A stretch of 64,000 bases of DNA from assembly GCA_963845515.1 (NCBI GenBank), contig CAWJSR010000010.1:32001-96000 (forward strand), written 5' to 3'. Every line of letters starts with the position of its first letter. Position 1 is the stretch's first letter. Below the pieces are notes generated by a model, which had not been told where the DNA came from, did not search any database, and saw nothing but the letters and a program-made list of their open reading frames with translations. The position numbers and the translations under genes are program-made. Positions 44,693-54,310 of the stretch are shown one piece after another. Source of the DNA: an uncultured delta proteobacterium. Lineage in GTDB: Bacteria > Myxococcota > Myxococcia > Myxococcales > Anaeromyxobacteraceae.

Positions 44693-46417
44693 ATGAAGAA
44701 CCGACTCGCCGCCGCGCTCCTCCTCTTCGTCGCCGCCCAGGCTCCGCGGGCCGCCGGCCCCGCCGCCGACCCGCGGCTCGGCGTCCTGGCGGCGATGGAG
44801 GCCGAGCTCGGCAGGACGATGGAGCGGCTCCGGCTCCCGGGGTACGAGCCGCCCTACTTCGTCGGCTACACGGTCCGCGACCTGGTCACCACGCAGATCG
44901 GCGCCCGCTACGGTGCCCTCCACGACGACACGAGCCGCCACGATCGCATCCTCCTGGCCGACGTCCGCGTCGGCTCGTACGAGCTCGACTCCTCCGGCGG
45001 AAACGAGCCCTTCATGCTCCTGGACGCCGAGGGGCCATCCTGGATCGCCCCGAAGGACGCGCCGCTGGAGCCCGACGACGGCGCGCTCCGCAACGCGCTC
45101 TGGCTCGTCACCGACGAGAAGTACAAGGAGGCGCTCTCCAACTTCCTCAAGAAGCGCTCCCGGGACGTCTACCGCGACGAGGGCGAGGAGGAGCGCGCTC
45201 CCTCCTTCACGCGCGAGCCTCCCCAGCGCAACGTCTCCGCCGCCCGCCCGCTGGTCCTGGACCGGGACCGGTGGCGCCGGATCGCTCGGCAGACCTCGGG
45301 GCTCTTCCGCGCGCACCCGCACGTGTTCGACTCCGACGTCAGCGTCAGGGCCGAGCGGCAGATCCGCTGGATCGCCACGAGCGAGGGGACGAGGCTGGTC
45401 ACCGAGAGCGCCATCGTCGGGATCCACCTGCACGCGGCCGCGCGCGCCCCCGACGGCCAGCTCCTCGAGAACGGCCGCGACTTCTACGGCCAGTCCGAGG
45501 CCGACCTGCCCTCCGAGGCGGCGCTCCGGGCGGCGGTCGCCGAGGTCGCGGCCGAGCTGAAGGCGCTCCAGGCCGCGCCGGTGATCGACCCGTACACCGG
45601 CCCGGCGATCCTCGAGCCGGAGGCGGCCGGGGTGCTCTTCCACGAAGCGGTGGGGCACCGGCTCGAGGGTGAGCGGCTCGACGACGACAAGGAGGGGCGG
45701 ACGTTCAAGGGCCAGGTCGGGCGCGCGATCCTCCCGACCTTCCTCTCGGTCTCCGACGATCCGACCTTGCCGACGGCGGCGGGGTCGAAGCTCAACGGCC
45801 ACTACGCCTTCGACGACCAGGGGGTCCCTGCCCAGCGGGTGGCGCTGGTCCGCGACGGGCTCCTGGAGACCTACCTCCTGTCCCGCAAGCCCGTGAAGCC
45901 CTTCACCCGCTCCAACGGCCACGGCCGCGCCCAGGGGGGTCGCAGCCCGGCTGCGCGCATGGCGAACCTCCTGGTCGAGTCGCGCAAGACGCTCACGCGC
46001 GACGAGCTGATGCGTCAGCTGGTCGCCGAGGTGCGCCGCCAGGGGCGCCCATACGGACTCGTCATCCGCGACATCTCGGGCGGCAACACCAACACCGCCA
46101 GCTACGGTTACCAGGCCTTCAAGGGCACGCCGAGGCTCGTCTTCAGGGTCGACGCGGCGACCGGGAAGGAGGAGCTGGTCCGCGGAGTGGAGCTGGTCGG
46201 CACTCCGCTCACCAGCGTCAGCCGGATCCTGGCGACCGGTGACGCCCCTCGCGTCTTCAACGGCTTCTGCGGCGCCGAGAGCGGCTACGTCCCGGTCTCG
46301 ACCGTCGCCCCCGCCCTTCTGGTGCAGGAGATCGAGCTGCAGCGCGTCGCGCGCCAGAGCGAGCGCGGGACCGTCCTCCCCTCCCCGTGGTCCGTCGGCC
46401 AGGAGGCGGCGAAGTGA
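44693..46417 (+). CDS. TldD/PmbA family metalloprotease with N-terminal signal peptide
   Basis: FHEAVGHRLEG, DDQG, SNGHGR, ARMANL, GFCGAESG.VPV; MKNRLAAALLLFVAAQA signal-like N-terminus. Confidence 0.88.
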   Translation: MKNRLAAALLLFVAAQAPRAAGPAADPRLGVLAAMEAELGRTMERLRLPGYEPPYFVGYTVRDLVTTQIGARYGALHDDTSRHDRILLADVRVGSYELDSSGGNEPFMLLDAEGPSWIAPKDAPLEPDDGALRNALWLVTDEKYKEALSNFLKKRSRDVYRDEGEEERAPSFTREPPQRNVSAARPLVLDRDRWRRIARQTSGLFRAHPHVFDSDVSVRAERQIRWIATSEGTRLVTESAIVGIHLHAAARAPDGQLLENGRDFYGQSEADLPSEAALRAAVAEVAAELKALQAAPVIDPYTGPAILEPEAAGVLFHEAVGHRLEGERLDDDKEGRTFKGQVGRAILPTFLSVSDDPTLPTAAGSKLNGHYAFDDQGVPAQRVALVRDGLLETYLLSRKPVKPFTRSNGHGRAQGGRSPAARMANLLVESRKTLTRDELMRQLVAEVRRQGRPYGLVIRDISGGNTNTASYGYQAFKGTPRLVFRVDAATGKEELVRGVELVGTPLTSVSRILATGDAPRVFNGFCGAESGYVPVSTVAPALLVQEIELQRVARQSERGTVLPSPWSVGQEAAK

Positions 46418-46905
46418 GCGCCGACCTCCGGCTCCCGCCGCTCGGCGCCCTGCTCCTTCGCCCCCGCCGCGACGCGCTCGAGGCCTTCCGGGCCGCAGGG
46501 TGGCGCACGTGGGCGGACCCGTTCGACCTCGACGCGGAGCGCCGCCGAACGCTCAACCTCGACCTGGCCGAGCCGGAGGTCTCGCTCGCGGGAGCCGCAG
46601 GGCCGCTGGCGGTCGCGCACGTCGAGGCCGATCGGGAGGGGCTCGTGACCCTGGTCGAGATCACGACCGCCGAGCCCGGAGATCCCGGCGGCGTGGCGCG
46701 GGCGCTCCTCGGGACCACGGGAGAGCCGCTGGTCCGCGGCAGCGCGTCCGCCCGCGAGTGGGTCTGGGGACCGGAGTCCGGCAGCGAGGTCCAGGTCGGA
46801 GACGGCGAGCCGGTCCGGCTCTGGATCGCGGCCGAGCAGGCCTACGGCGACCGGCTCTGGATCATCCTGACCGTGGTCCGGCGCGCGTCCGGCGACCTGA
46901 GCTAG
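46414..46905 (+). CDS. Hypothetical protein, translationally coupled to the TldD gene
   Basis: GTGA overlap with upstream stop; GC3-biased codons. Confidence 0.65.
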   Translation: MSADLRLPPLGALLLRPRRDALEAFRAAGWRTWADPFDLDAERRRTLNLDLAEPEVSLAGAAGPLAVAHVEADREGLVTLVEITTAEPGDPGGVARALLGTTGEPLVRGSASAREWVWGPESGSEVQVGDGEPVRLWIAAEQAYGDRLWIILTVVRRASGDLS

Positions 46906-46914
46906 CCAGGGCGG

Positions 46915-47787
46915 TCAGCGCCAGCCTTGCCAGAGGACGAAGCGCCGGAACTCGGACGCGAAGGCGCCCTCGGTGATCCCGAAGGCCTCCTCGAAGGCCT
47001 TCTCGAAGGAGGCCCCCGCGCGCATCAGCGCCATCGCGCTGCGAACGCGATCCTCGCCGTAGCGGGCGAGCAGGAACTCGAAGGTCCGGTGGGCGGCGCC
47101 GTAGACCACGTCCGAGCGCTCCTGGTAGAGCGGCTCGGGATCGGTGACCGGATCGCCGTCCGCCGAGACGAAGCCACGCGCTGCGCGCGCCATGGCCGAG
47201 GGATACCCGTCGCCGGCCCCGGGGACGCTCTTCAGGTAGAACCGCCAGAGCTCCTCGTTCGAGGTGCGTCGGTAGCCCTGGGCCGCGGTCACGCTGGCGA
47301 GCCCCTCGCGGAACCAGAGCGGGATCCCCTTGTGCGGCCAGGTCCACTCGCTGGCCGCCGCCTGATACATCGCGCAGTGGGTCAGCTCGTGGGTGATCAG
47401 TTCGTCCACCTCGGCGTCCTTCGCGCCGAACCAGCCCCAGGTCCTCGGCGACTGCAGGTCGATCGTCTGGTAGCGGGCCCACGCACGAAGCCAGTCGTAC
47501 CCCTCTCGGTGCACCGCCTCCTCGAGCGCGCCGTGCGACGAGTGGATCGTGATGGTGACCTCCTTGCCGATCTTCCCCCAGCGCGCGACACGCGGCGCGG
47601 CGCGCGCCAGCGAGCGGGCCACCTGGGCGGCGGCCGCTGCGTCCTCCTCCCAGTAGTGGATCCGGAAGACCTGACCGTCGAGCGCGACGGTGTCCAGCCG
47701 ATCCTCTGGCCCCAGCCGCGCAGCCTGCCCGCGGAAGGCGCAGCCGGTGGCGAGGACCATGGAGAGTGCTGCCGCGAAGCGTCTCAC
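46915..47787 (-). CDS. Zinc metallopeptidase-like lipoprotein (peptidase MA-like)
   Basis: Lipobox LATGC; THELTH (HExxH) and PLWFREGLA. Confidence 0.8.
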   Translation of the reverse strand: MRRFAAALSMVLATGCAFRGQAARLGPEDRLDTVALDGQVFRIHYWEEDAAAAAQVARSLARAAPRVARWGKIGKEVTITIHSSHGALEEAVHREGYDWLRAWARYQTIDLQSPRTWGWFGAKDAEVDELITHELTHCAMYQAAASEWTWPHKGIPLWFREGLASVTAAQGYRRTSNEELWRFYLKSVPGAGDGYPSAMARAARGFVSADGDPVTDPEPLYQERSDVVYGAAHRTFEFLLARYGEDRVRSAMALMRAGASFEKAFEEAFGITEGAFASEFRRFVLWQGWR

Positions 47788-48743
47788 TATCGCTGGAACC
47801 TATCGGTCGACGGGCCGGGACGCAAGGAGCCGGGGCCACCGGCCAGGCGGGCCAGGACGGGGGCCAGGCCGGTCAGATCCGAGACTGCGCCCACCTCCAG
47901 GGCCGCGGGGCCAAAGCCCAGCACCGGCACGGGGTTGAGCGTGTGGTTGCGTGTGGAGAGATCCTCCACATTGCCGTGATCGCTCGCGATCACCAGCGAG
48001 TCCTCCGGACCGAGCCCCGGCAGGAGCGCCCGGAGCAGGCCGTCGACGCGGACGAGCGCGTCGGCTGCGAGCTCCATCGAGCGCGCGTGGCCGGCCTCGT
48101 CGGTCTCGAAGAACTCGAAGAGCGTGAAGTCGTGGGCGCGGGCGATCCCGAGCAGGATCTCGGCGGCCTCCGCGGGATCGCGCCGAGGGAGCTGGCCGCC
48201 GTGCCCCCTGGCGCGGTCGCCGGTGATGTCGTGGGGCAGCGCGGTCCCCGCGCGCGCCTCCTGCCACGTGCGGAACCGCCCGCCCGCTGCGCCGAACGCC
48301 ACGGTGGTGGCCGCGGGGCGCGGCCGGCGCTTCCCCAGCTCGAACTCGGCCTCTCCCGGGACGTCGAAGCCCAGGAAGCGCAGGTAGACGACCGGGAAGG
48401 CGTTGGCGAAGGCGGCGCGCCCGCCCCGCTCCATGACCGTGCGGAAGATGGAGCGCTCCTGGAGCAGCTCGCGCAGGCGGCCGTTCGGGAAGCCGAGCAG
48501 GTGGTGGCCGAGGAGCCGGGGGGCGTTCTCGCCGGTGAGGATCGTGGTGTGGCCGGTCGCCGACTGCGGACGTCCGGGGACGCCCAGGCGCGCGTCGGCC
48601 AGCGCCGCGCGCCCACCGTACGGGAGCGGAGCGCCGGTGCCGTCGGCGAAGCGGGAGAGGAGGTAGTCGCCGCGCGCGAGCGGGTTCACGTCCGGGTCGG
48701 GGAGCCCGGCGCCGACGCCGTCGACGAAGACGAAGAGGACCAC
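47787..48743 (-). CDS. Alkaline phosphatase superfamily metalloenzyme (phosphoglycerate mutase / phosphopentomutase-like)
   Basis: FVDGVG, PQSATG, TDEAGH, SDHGNVED, HTLNPVP. Confidence 0.85.
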   Translation of the reverse strand: MVLFVFVDGVGAGLPDPDVNPLARGDYLLSRFADGTGAPLPYGGRAALADARLGVPGRPQSATGHTTILTGENAPRLLGHHLLGFPNGRLRELLQERSIFRTVMERGGRAAFANAFPVVYLRFLGFDVPGEAEFELGKRRPRPAATTVAFGAAGGRFRTWQEARAGTALPHDITGDRARGHGGQLPRRDPAEAAEILLGIARAHDFTLFEFFETDEAGHARSMELAADALVRVDGLLRALLPGLGPEDSLVIASDHGNVEDLSTRNHTLNPVPVLGFGPAALEVGAVSDLTGLAPVLARLAGGPGSLRPGPSTDRFQR

Positions 48744-48790
48744 GCGGAGAACCTAGCGCCGCCGGCGCTGCAGCGCCCGCCCGGCGCACC

Positions 48791-48997
48791 TCACGGCTTC
48801 GGCGCCTTCCAGACCGCAGCGTCGATGATCGACCAGAGGTGGATGATCCAGCCCAACCAGATGATCCAGAGGACTGCCGCCAGCACGAACATCAGCCCGG
48901 CCTTGAGCACCCGCCCCTGGATGAGCTGGCCCAGCCCCGGGATCACGAAGCTGGCGAGCGCCGCGATGACGTTGGCCGTCGACCCCTGACCTGACAT
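48791..48997 (-). CDS. Small membrane protein (TM2-like)
   Basis: AALASFVIPGLGQLIQGR...WLGWIIHLWSIIDAA; GGAG RBS. Confidence 0.8.
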   Translation of the reverse strand: MSGQGSTANVIAALASFVIPGLGQLIQGRVLKAGLMFVLAAVLWIIWLGWIIHLWSIIDAAVWKAPKP

Positions 48998-49109
48998 CTC
49001 CACCTCCCGCGCCCGGCCCCCGCCTGTGCGCAGCCGGAGCAAACCACGCCGGGCGATCCGGCGTCGAGCAGGAACCTGGAGGGGCGCCGCTGCGCTATCC
49101 TGCGCTCAC

Positions 49110-51532
49110 ATGAAGACCGCCTCGCTCCGCACCCTCCGCGCGGCGCTCCTGCCGGGGGCGCTCGTCGGGCTGGCCGCCGCGGCCCTGGCGCTCGGCCGCG
49201 GCGGCGCGGCGGAGCAGGCGGAGCTCCTCCTTGGGACGTCCGCGCCGCCCGCGCGGCCCGCGCCAGCCCCGCCTCGCCCAGGGTCGCGATGGTCGGACTG
49301 GACGACGCGACGGTCCGGCTGGCGGGCGGCATCTACCCGGTTCCACGCGGCGCGATCGCCGCGGTGATCGCCGAAGCGCGACGCGCCGGCGCGCGCGTCA
49401 TCGCCGTGGACTTCATCCTGGAGGACCCGCTGGACGGGAGCCTCGCCGACGAGAACGAGGCGCTCGAGGAGGCCATCGCCGGCGGCGACGTCGTCCTCGG
49501 CGCGGCCGCCCCGCGCGCTGGCATGGCCGATCCCGGCTCGCTCGGCGCCTCATGGGCGCGCAGGGTCGGCGCCTTCCCTGACCGCGACGCTGCGGCCCTC
49601 GCGGCCATCGGGCGGCCGGAGCGCCATCTCCGCCCGGTCCTGCTCGGGCGCGGCGGTGAGGTGGAGCTGTGGCTGGCCGGCTACGGCTCACGCGACGAGG
49701 CGGAGGCGGACCCGCTCCCGGACGTGGATGGGATCCACGCGCGCGGGCTGACCGCCGCGGAGCTCTCGCAGCCGGACCCCCGCGCGGCGCTCGTGCGCCG
49801 CCGGCACGCGGTCGACGCCGGCGGGGCGGCCAGGCAGGAGCGGTTCGCCGTGTCGCCTCCCCTGCCGCGCTTCGCGCTCGCCGCCGCGGCCCTCGGGGGG
49901 GTGTCCCAGGAGCAGGAGTCGGACGGCCGCGTCTACGCGCTCCGCCACGTCTACCCGACGACCGAGGGCGACCTCCTCTCGCTGCCGCTCGCCGCCGCCT
50001 GGATCGCGCTCGGCAAGCCCGGGATCCGGCTCGACGAGGCCGGCCTTCGCGTCGGCGACACCGTCGCTCCCACCCTCCCCGACGGGCGCGTGGTCGTGCG
50101 CTGGACCGGCCACTTCGCCGCCCACGAGGACTTCGCCACGGTCTACCCCACCGTGAGCGCCGCCGACCTGCTGCGCGCCGCGCTGGCGCGCGCTGGGGAG
50201 GGGACGCCGCCGCCCGCGGAGGCGCTCGCGCCGCTGAAGGACGCCATCGTGGTCCTGTCCGCCACGGTGACCGCGGGGAAGGACAAGCGCGTCACGCCGA
50301 TCAACCCCCACGCGGTCGGCGGCGAGATCGTCGCCACCGCGGTCGATGGCTTCTTGCGGGGTCGCTTCGTGCGGCGGCTGCCTCCACCGGCGGACGCGGC
50401 CGCCGCGCTCGGGCTCGCCCTCGCCGCCGCCCTGGTCGTCGGGGGCGCGGCGCTCTCCCGGCTGCGTCCCGCGGCGTCTGCCGCCGCCTCGGGGACCGGG
50501 GTGGCGCTCGTGGCAGGCGGCTACTGGTGGGGAGCCCAGGCGCTCGCCGCGCGCGGCGTCTGGATCGGCGCTGCCGCCCCGCTCGCCGGAGCGTTCGTCG
50601 CCGCCCTGGCCGCCATCCTCCTGACGCTGGCGCTCGAGATGCGCGACCGCCGCTTCGTCCACGACGCGCTGGGGCGCTACACCTCGCCCGTGCTGGTGCA
50701 GCGGCTGATGGAGCGCCCCGACCTGCTCGACCGGTTCGGCGGCGCCCGCCAGGAGATCTCGGTCTACTTCTCGGACATCCGGGGCTTCACGACGCTGTCC
50801 GAGGGGATGGAGCCGGAGCGGCTCGTCGAGCTGCTCAACGAGTACCTCTCCGCCATGACCGAGATAGTGGAGCGGAACGGCGGGTACGTCGACAAGTACA
50901 TCGGCGACGCCATCATGGCGATCTGGGGCGCGCCGCTCCCCGAGCCCGAGCACGCGGCCCACGCGTGCCGCGCCGCGATCGAGATGCGCGACAGGCTCGC
51001 GGCGCTCCGTCCGGTCTTCCAGGAGCGGTACGCGGCCGACCTGCACGCGCGCGCCGGCGTGAACACGACCGCCGCCGTCGTCGGGAACATCGGCTCGCGC
51101 CAGAAGACCAACTACACTGCCCTCGGCGACGGCGTGAACCTGGCCTCGCGCCTCGAGGGGGCGAACAAGGCCTTCGGCACCTCCATCCTCTGCGGTGACG
51201 CGACCCGGACCGCGGCCGGAGACGCCTTCGCCTGGCGCACGGTCGACGTCCTCCGCGTGAAGGGCAAGCACGAGGGGGTGCCGGTCCACGAGCTGGTCGG
51301 GCTCGCGGCGGACGCAGGCCCCGCGCAGCGCGGCCGGATCTCGCGATGGGAGGCGGCCTACGCCCTGTCGCGCCAGCGCCGCTTCGCGGAGGCCCACGCG
51401 GCGTTCGCCGCGCTGGCCGCCGAGAGCCCTGACGACCCGCTCGCGGCCCTCTGGGCGGAGCGAAGCGCTTCACTCGCCGCCTCGCCGCCGCCCACCGGCT
51501 GGGACGGCGTCCACGAGCTTCACGACAAGTGA
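49110..51532 (+). CDS. CHASE2-domain class III adenylate/guanylate cyclase (frameshift near 49230-49290)
   Basis: N-terminal TM; CHASE2 (GARVIAVDF, DGRVY, TP...GGEI); three TMs; FSDIRGFTTLSE, DKYIGDAIMAIWGAP, VVGNIGS, YTALGDGVNLASRLEG, VKGK. Confidence 0.93.
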
Positions 51533-51548
51533 CGGAGATCGACCCATC

Positions 51549-52025
51549 ATGAACGCAATCGCCCTGCTCCTCGCCGCCATCTTCTCCGCCGCGCCGCCAG
51601 GCGCGGCCGGCGAGACGGTGACCGTGAAGCGCGAGGGGGCGCGCCTGATGAAGGCGCCCCGCTCCTACGGCGCCGCCTGCAGCGCCACCGTCGCCGCGAA
51701 GAGCCGCGTGAAGCTCCTCGAGCGCAAGAAGGGGTGGGCGCGCATCGCCTCCCCCGGGGGCGGCGCCTGCTGGCTGCACGAGTCTGCGTGGTCGGACCGG
51801 ACGGCGGGAGCGCTCGCAGGCGACGCCTCGCGCGGCAGCGCGCGCGACGTGGAGCTCGCCGCGCGCGGGTTCAACGAGACCGAGGAGTCGCGCTTCCGGG
51901 GCGAGCACCGCGACCTCGACGCGGGGTTCGCAGCGGTGGAGGCGCACCTGGCGGAGGGGCCGGAGACGCCGCCGGAGGCGCTCGAGCGCTTCGTGGCCGA
52001 TGGGAAGCTGGGAGGTGACGAATGA
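51549..52025 (+). CDS. Secreted SH3b-like domain protein
   Basis: Signal peptide; VKLLERKKGWARI...WLHES SH3-like core; ELAARGF motif. Confidence 0.75.
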   Translation: MNAIALLLAAIFSAAPPGAAGETVTVKREGARLMKAPRSYGAACSATVAAKSRVKLLERKKGWARIASPGGGACWLHESAWSDRTAGALAGDASRGSARDVELAARGFNETEESRFRGEHRDLDAGFAAVEAHLAEGPETPPEALERFVADGKLGGDE

Positions 52026-52946
52026 CCCGCGCCGGCGCCCGCGCCGCAGTCACGGCCGGCCTCGCGGGGCTGGCGGTGCTCCTCGCGCCGGGCTGCGCCC
52101 AGCTCCTCCACGACATCCCCGGCGGCCAGATCATCGGCCAGCGGCTCGACCAGAACGCCAAGGTCGTCGGCGGAAACCTCGTTCGGGATGGTCGCGAGCG
52201 GCGAGATCACGAAGACCGCCACCTTCGACATGGAGCAGGAGCACTACCTCGGCAAGACGGTCGCGGCGAGCGTCATCGCCCGCGTCGGCGGGGCCGCGCT
52301 GCCGCCGGAGCACCCCCTCAGCGTATACCTGCGCGAGGTCGGGACCCTCGTGGCGGTGACCGCCGCGGAGGATCGGGTCGAGGACGATCGCCCGTACCCG
52401 CTCAAGGGCTATCGGTTCATCCCCGTGGTCTCGAGCGAGCAGAACGCGGTGGGATCCCCCGGGGGGTTCGTGGTGGTCACCACCGGCCTCCTGCGCGCGG
52501 TCCGGTCCGAGGACGAGCTGGCGGCGATCCTCGCCCACGAGGTCGCGCACGTGCAGCGCGGCCACACGATGCAGCCCGTCGAGGCGGCGCGCAGGCAGGA
52601 GCACCTCTCCGAGGGGCTGCTCAAGGGGACCGACTCGATCGTCCACGCCTTCTTCGGGAAGGCGGTCCAGGCCGGCACCGACTTCGTCCTCGACCGCGGC
52701 TTCGGCAAGAAGCACGAGCTTGCCGCCGACGCCTTCGCGGCGCGGATCCTCGCAGCGGCGGGCTACGACCCGGCGGCGCTCGCCGGCTACCTCGGCAGGC
52801 TCTCGGGCAAGTCGGCCTCCGGGGGCTTCTTCTCGCGCCACCCGCCTGCCGCCGAGCGCGTCAAGGCGCTCTCTGGACAGCCCCCCCGCCCCCCGCCCGC
52901 CGTCCGGACGGCACGCTTCGAGCGCGCGATGGCCGCGCTGCCGTAG
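52022..52946 (+). CDS. M48 family zinc metallopeptidase lipoprotein (frameshift near 52180)
   Basis: Lipobox LAPGC; NA..PGG.V.VT.GLL, ELAAILAHEVAH, ELAAD, AGYDP, RHP...ER. Confidence 0.9.
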
Positions 52947-52959
52947 TAACCTCCACGCC

Positions 52960-53778
52960 ATGGCACTCGGGAAGAAGATCGCGTTCCTCGGCACGGGGAA
53001 CATGGCGGAGGCGCTGGTGAAGGGGCTCCTCCGGGCCGGCGCGTCGAGCGCCGAGGAGCTCGTCTGCGCGGAGCCTCGCGAGGACCGCCGGCACGAGATC
53101 GAGAAGCGCTACGGTGTCAGGACGGTCGCCTCCAACAAGGAGGCGGTCGCCGGGGCCGAGCTGGTGATCCTCTCGGTCAAGCCGCAGATCATCGACGCCG
53201 TCCTGGACGAGATCTCGCCCGAGGTCGCGCCCACGAAGCTGGTGGTCTCGATCGCCGCGGGCGTCCCCATCGCGGCCATCGCCAAGCGGCTGCCGGCCGG
53301 GACGCGGATCGTCCGGACGATGCCGAACACCCCGGCGCTCGCCGGCGCGGGCGCCGCGGCGCTCTCCGCAGGCCCTCACGCGACGGCCGCCGACGTCGAC
53401 CTGGCGAAGCGGATCTTCGAGGCGGTCGGGACGGCCGTCGTCGTCGGCGAGCCGCTGCTCGACGCGGTCACCGGGCTCTCCGGCTCGGGGCCGGCCTTCG
53501 TCTACCTCTTCATCGAGGCGCTGGCCGACGGCGGCGTGAAGGCCGGGCTCCCGCGCGCGGAGGCGCTCCAGCTCGCCGCGCAGACGGTGCTCGGCGCGGC
53601 GAAGCTCGTGCTCGAGTCGGGGGAGCACCCGGGGCGGCTGAAGGACCAGGTCACGAGCCCGGGCGGCACCACCATCGCGGGCGTCCACGCCCTGGAGAAG
53701 GCGGGCTTCCGCGGCGCGGTGATGGACGCCGTCGAGGCCGCGGCGCGCCGCTCGCGCGAGCTCGGCGAGAAGAAGTAG
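52960..53778 (+). CDS. proC: Pyrroline-5-carboxylate reductase
   Basis: FLGTGNMA, SVKPQ, RTMPNTP, TGLSGSGPAF, VTSPGGTT. Confidence 0.98.
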   Translation: MALGKKIAFLGTGNMAEALVKGLLRAGASSAEELVCAEPREDRRHEIEKRYGVRTVASNKEAVAGAELVILSVKPQIIDAVLDEISPEVAPTKLVVSIAAGVPIAAIAKRLPAGTRIVRTMPNTPALAGAGAAALSAGPHATAADVDLAKRIFEAVGTAVVVGEPLLDAVTGLSGSGPAFVYLFIEALADGGVKAGLPRAEALQLAAQTVLGAAKLVLESGEHPGRLKDQVTSPGGTTIAGVHALEKAGFRGAVMDAVEAAARRSRELGEKK

Positions 53779-53907
53779 CCGTTCGCTTCGACGGGGCAAG
53801 CGCCCTCTGACGCCCATCCGGGCGCTGCACGCGGCCCGGCGCCCGCGTTATCGAAAGTGGCTTGAGCTGGCGGATCTCCCGCCGGGCTCGTACCGGGAGC
53901 CACACGA

Positions 53908-54309
53908 ATGCGCCGAGCCCTCCTCGCCCTCTCCACCGCCGCACTGCTCGCCGCCTGCGGCCGGGATTCTTCCTCCTCGACGTCGTGCAACGATTCGGGC
54001 GGATCCACGATGTGCCCCGGTGACGACTGCCTGTCGTGCCACGGCTTCAAGGCCGCCGGGACGGTCTTCGCCGGCCTGTCGTCCACGACCCCGGTGAGCG
54101 GCGCCACGGTCCGGATCGTCCCGGCGAGCGGGAGCGCCGTCACGCTCACGACCAACTCGGCCGGGAACTTCTACACCTCGACCTCGCTCGCCTTCCCGCT
54201 CCAGAGCGTGACCGTGAGCAAGGGGGCCGACACGGCCGAGATGACCGGCGTCGGGAGCGGCGGCTGCAACGGCTGCCACGACACCTCCTTCCGCGTCCAC
54301 CTCCCCTGA
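53908..54309 (+). CDS. Small diheme c-type cytochrome lipoprotein
   Basis: Lipobox LAAC; CLSCH and CNGCH heme-binding motifs flanking a beta-rich domain (TTNSAGNFY). Confidence 0.8.
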   Translation: MRRALLALSTAALLAACGRDSSSSTSCNDSGGSTMCPGDDCLSCHGFKAAGTVFAGLSSTTPVSGATVRIVPASGSAVTLTTNSAGNFYTSTSLAFPLQSVTVSKGADTAEMTGVGSGGCNGCHDTSFRVHLP

Positions 54310-54310
54310 G

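Noticed and set aside
46415..54309. Additional selenoproteins at other TGA stops (TldD, cyclase, cytochrome)
   Set aside because: These TGAs fall at natural C-termini or overlap the next start codon, with no SECIS-like hairpin or conserved read-through noticed.
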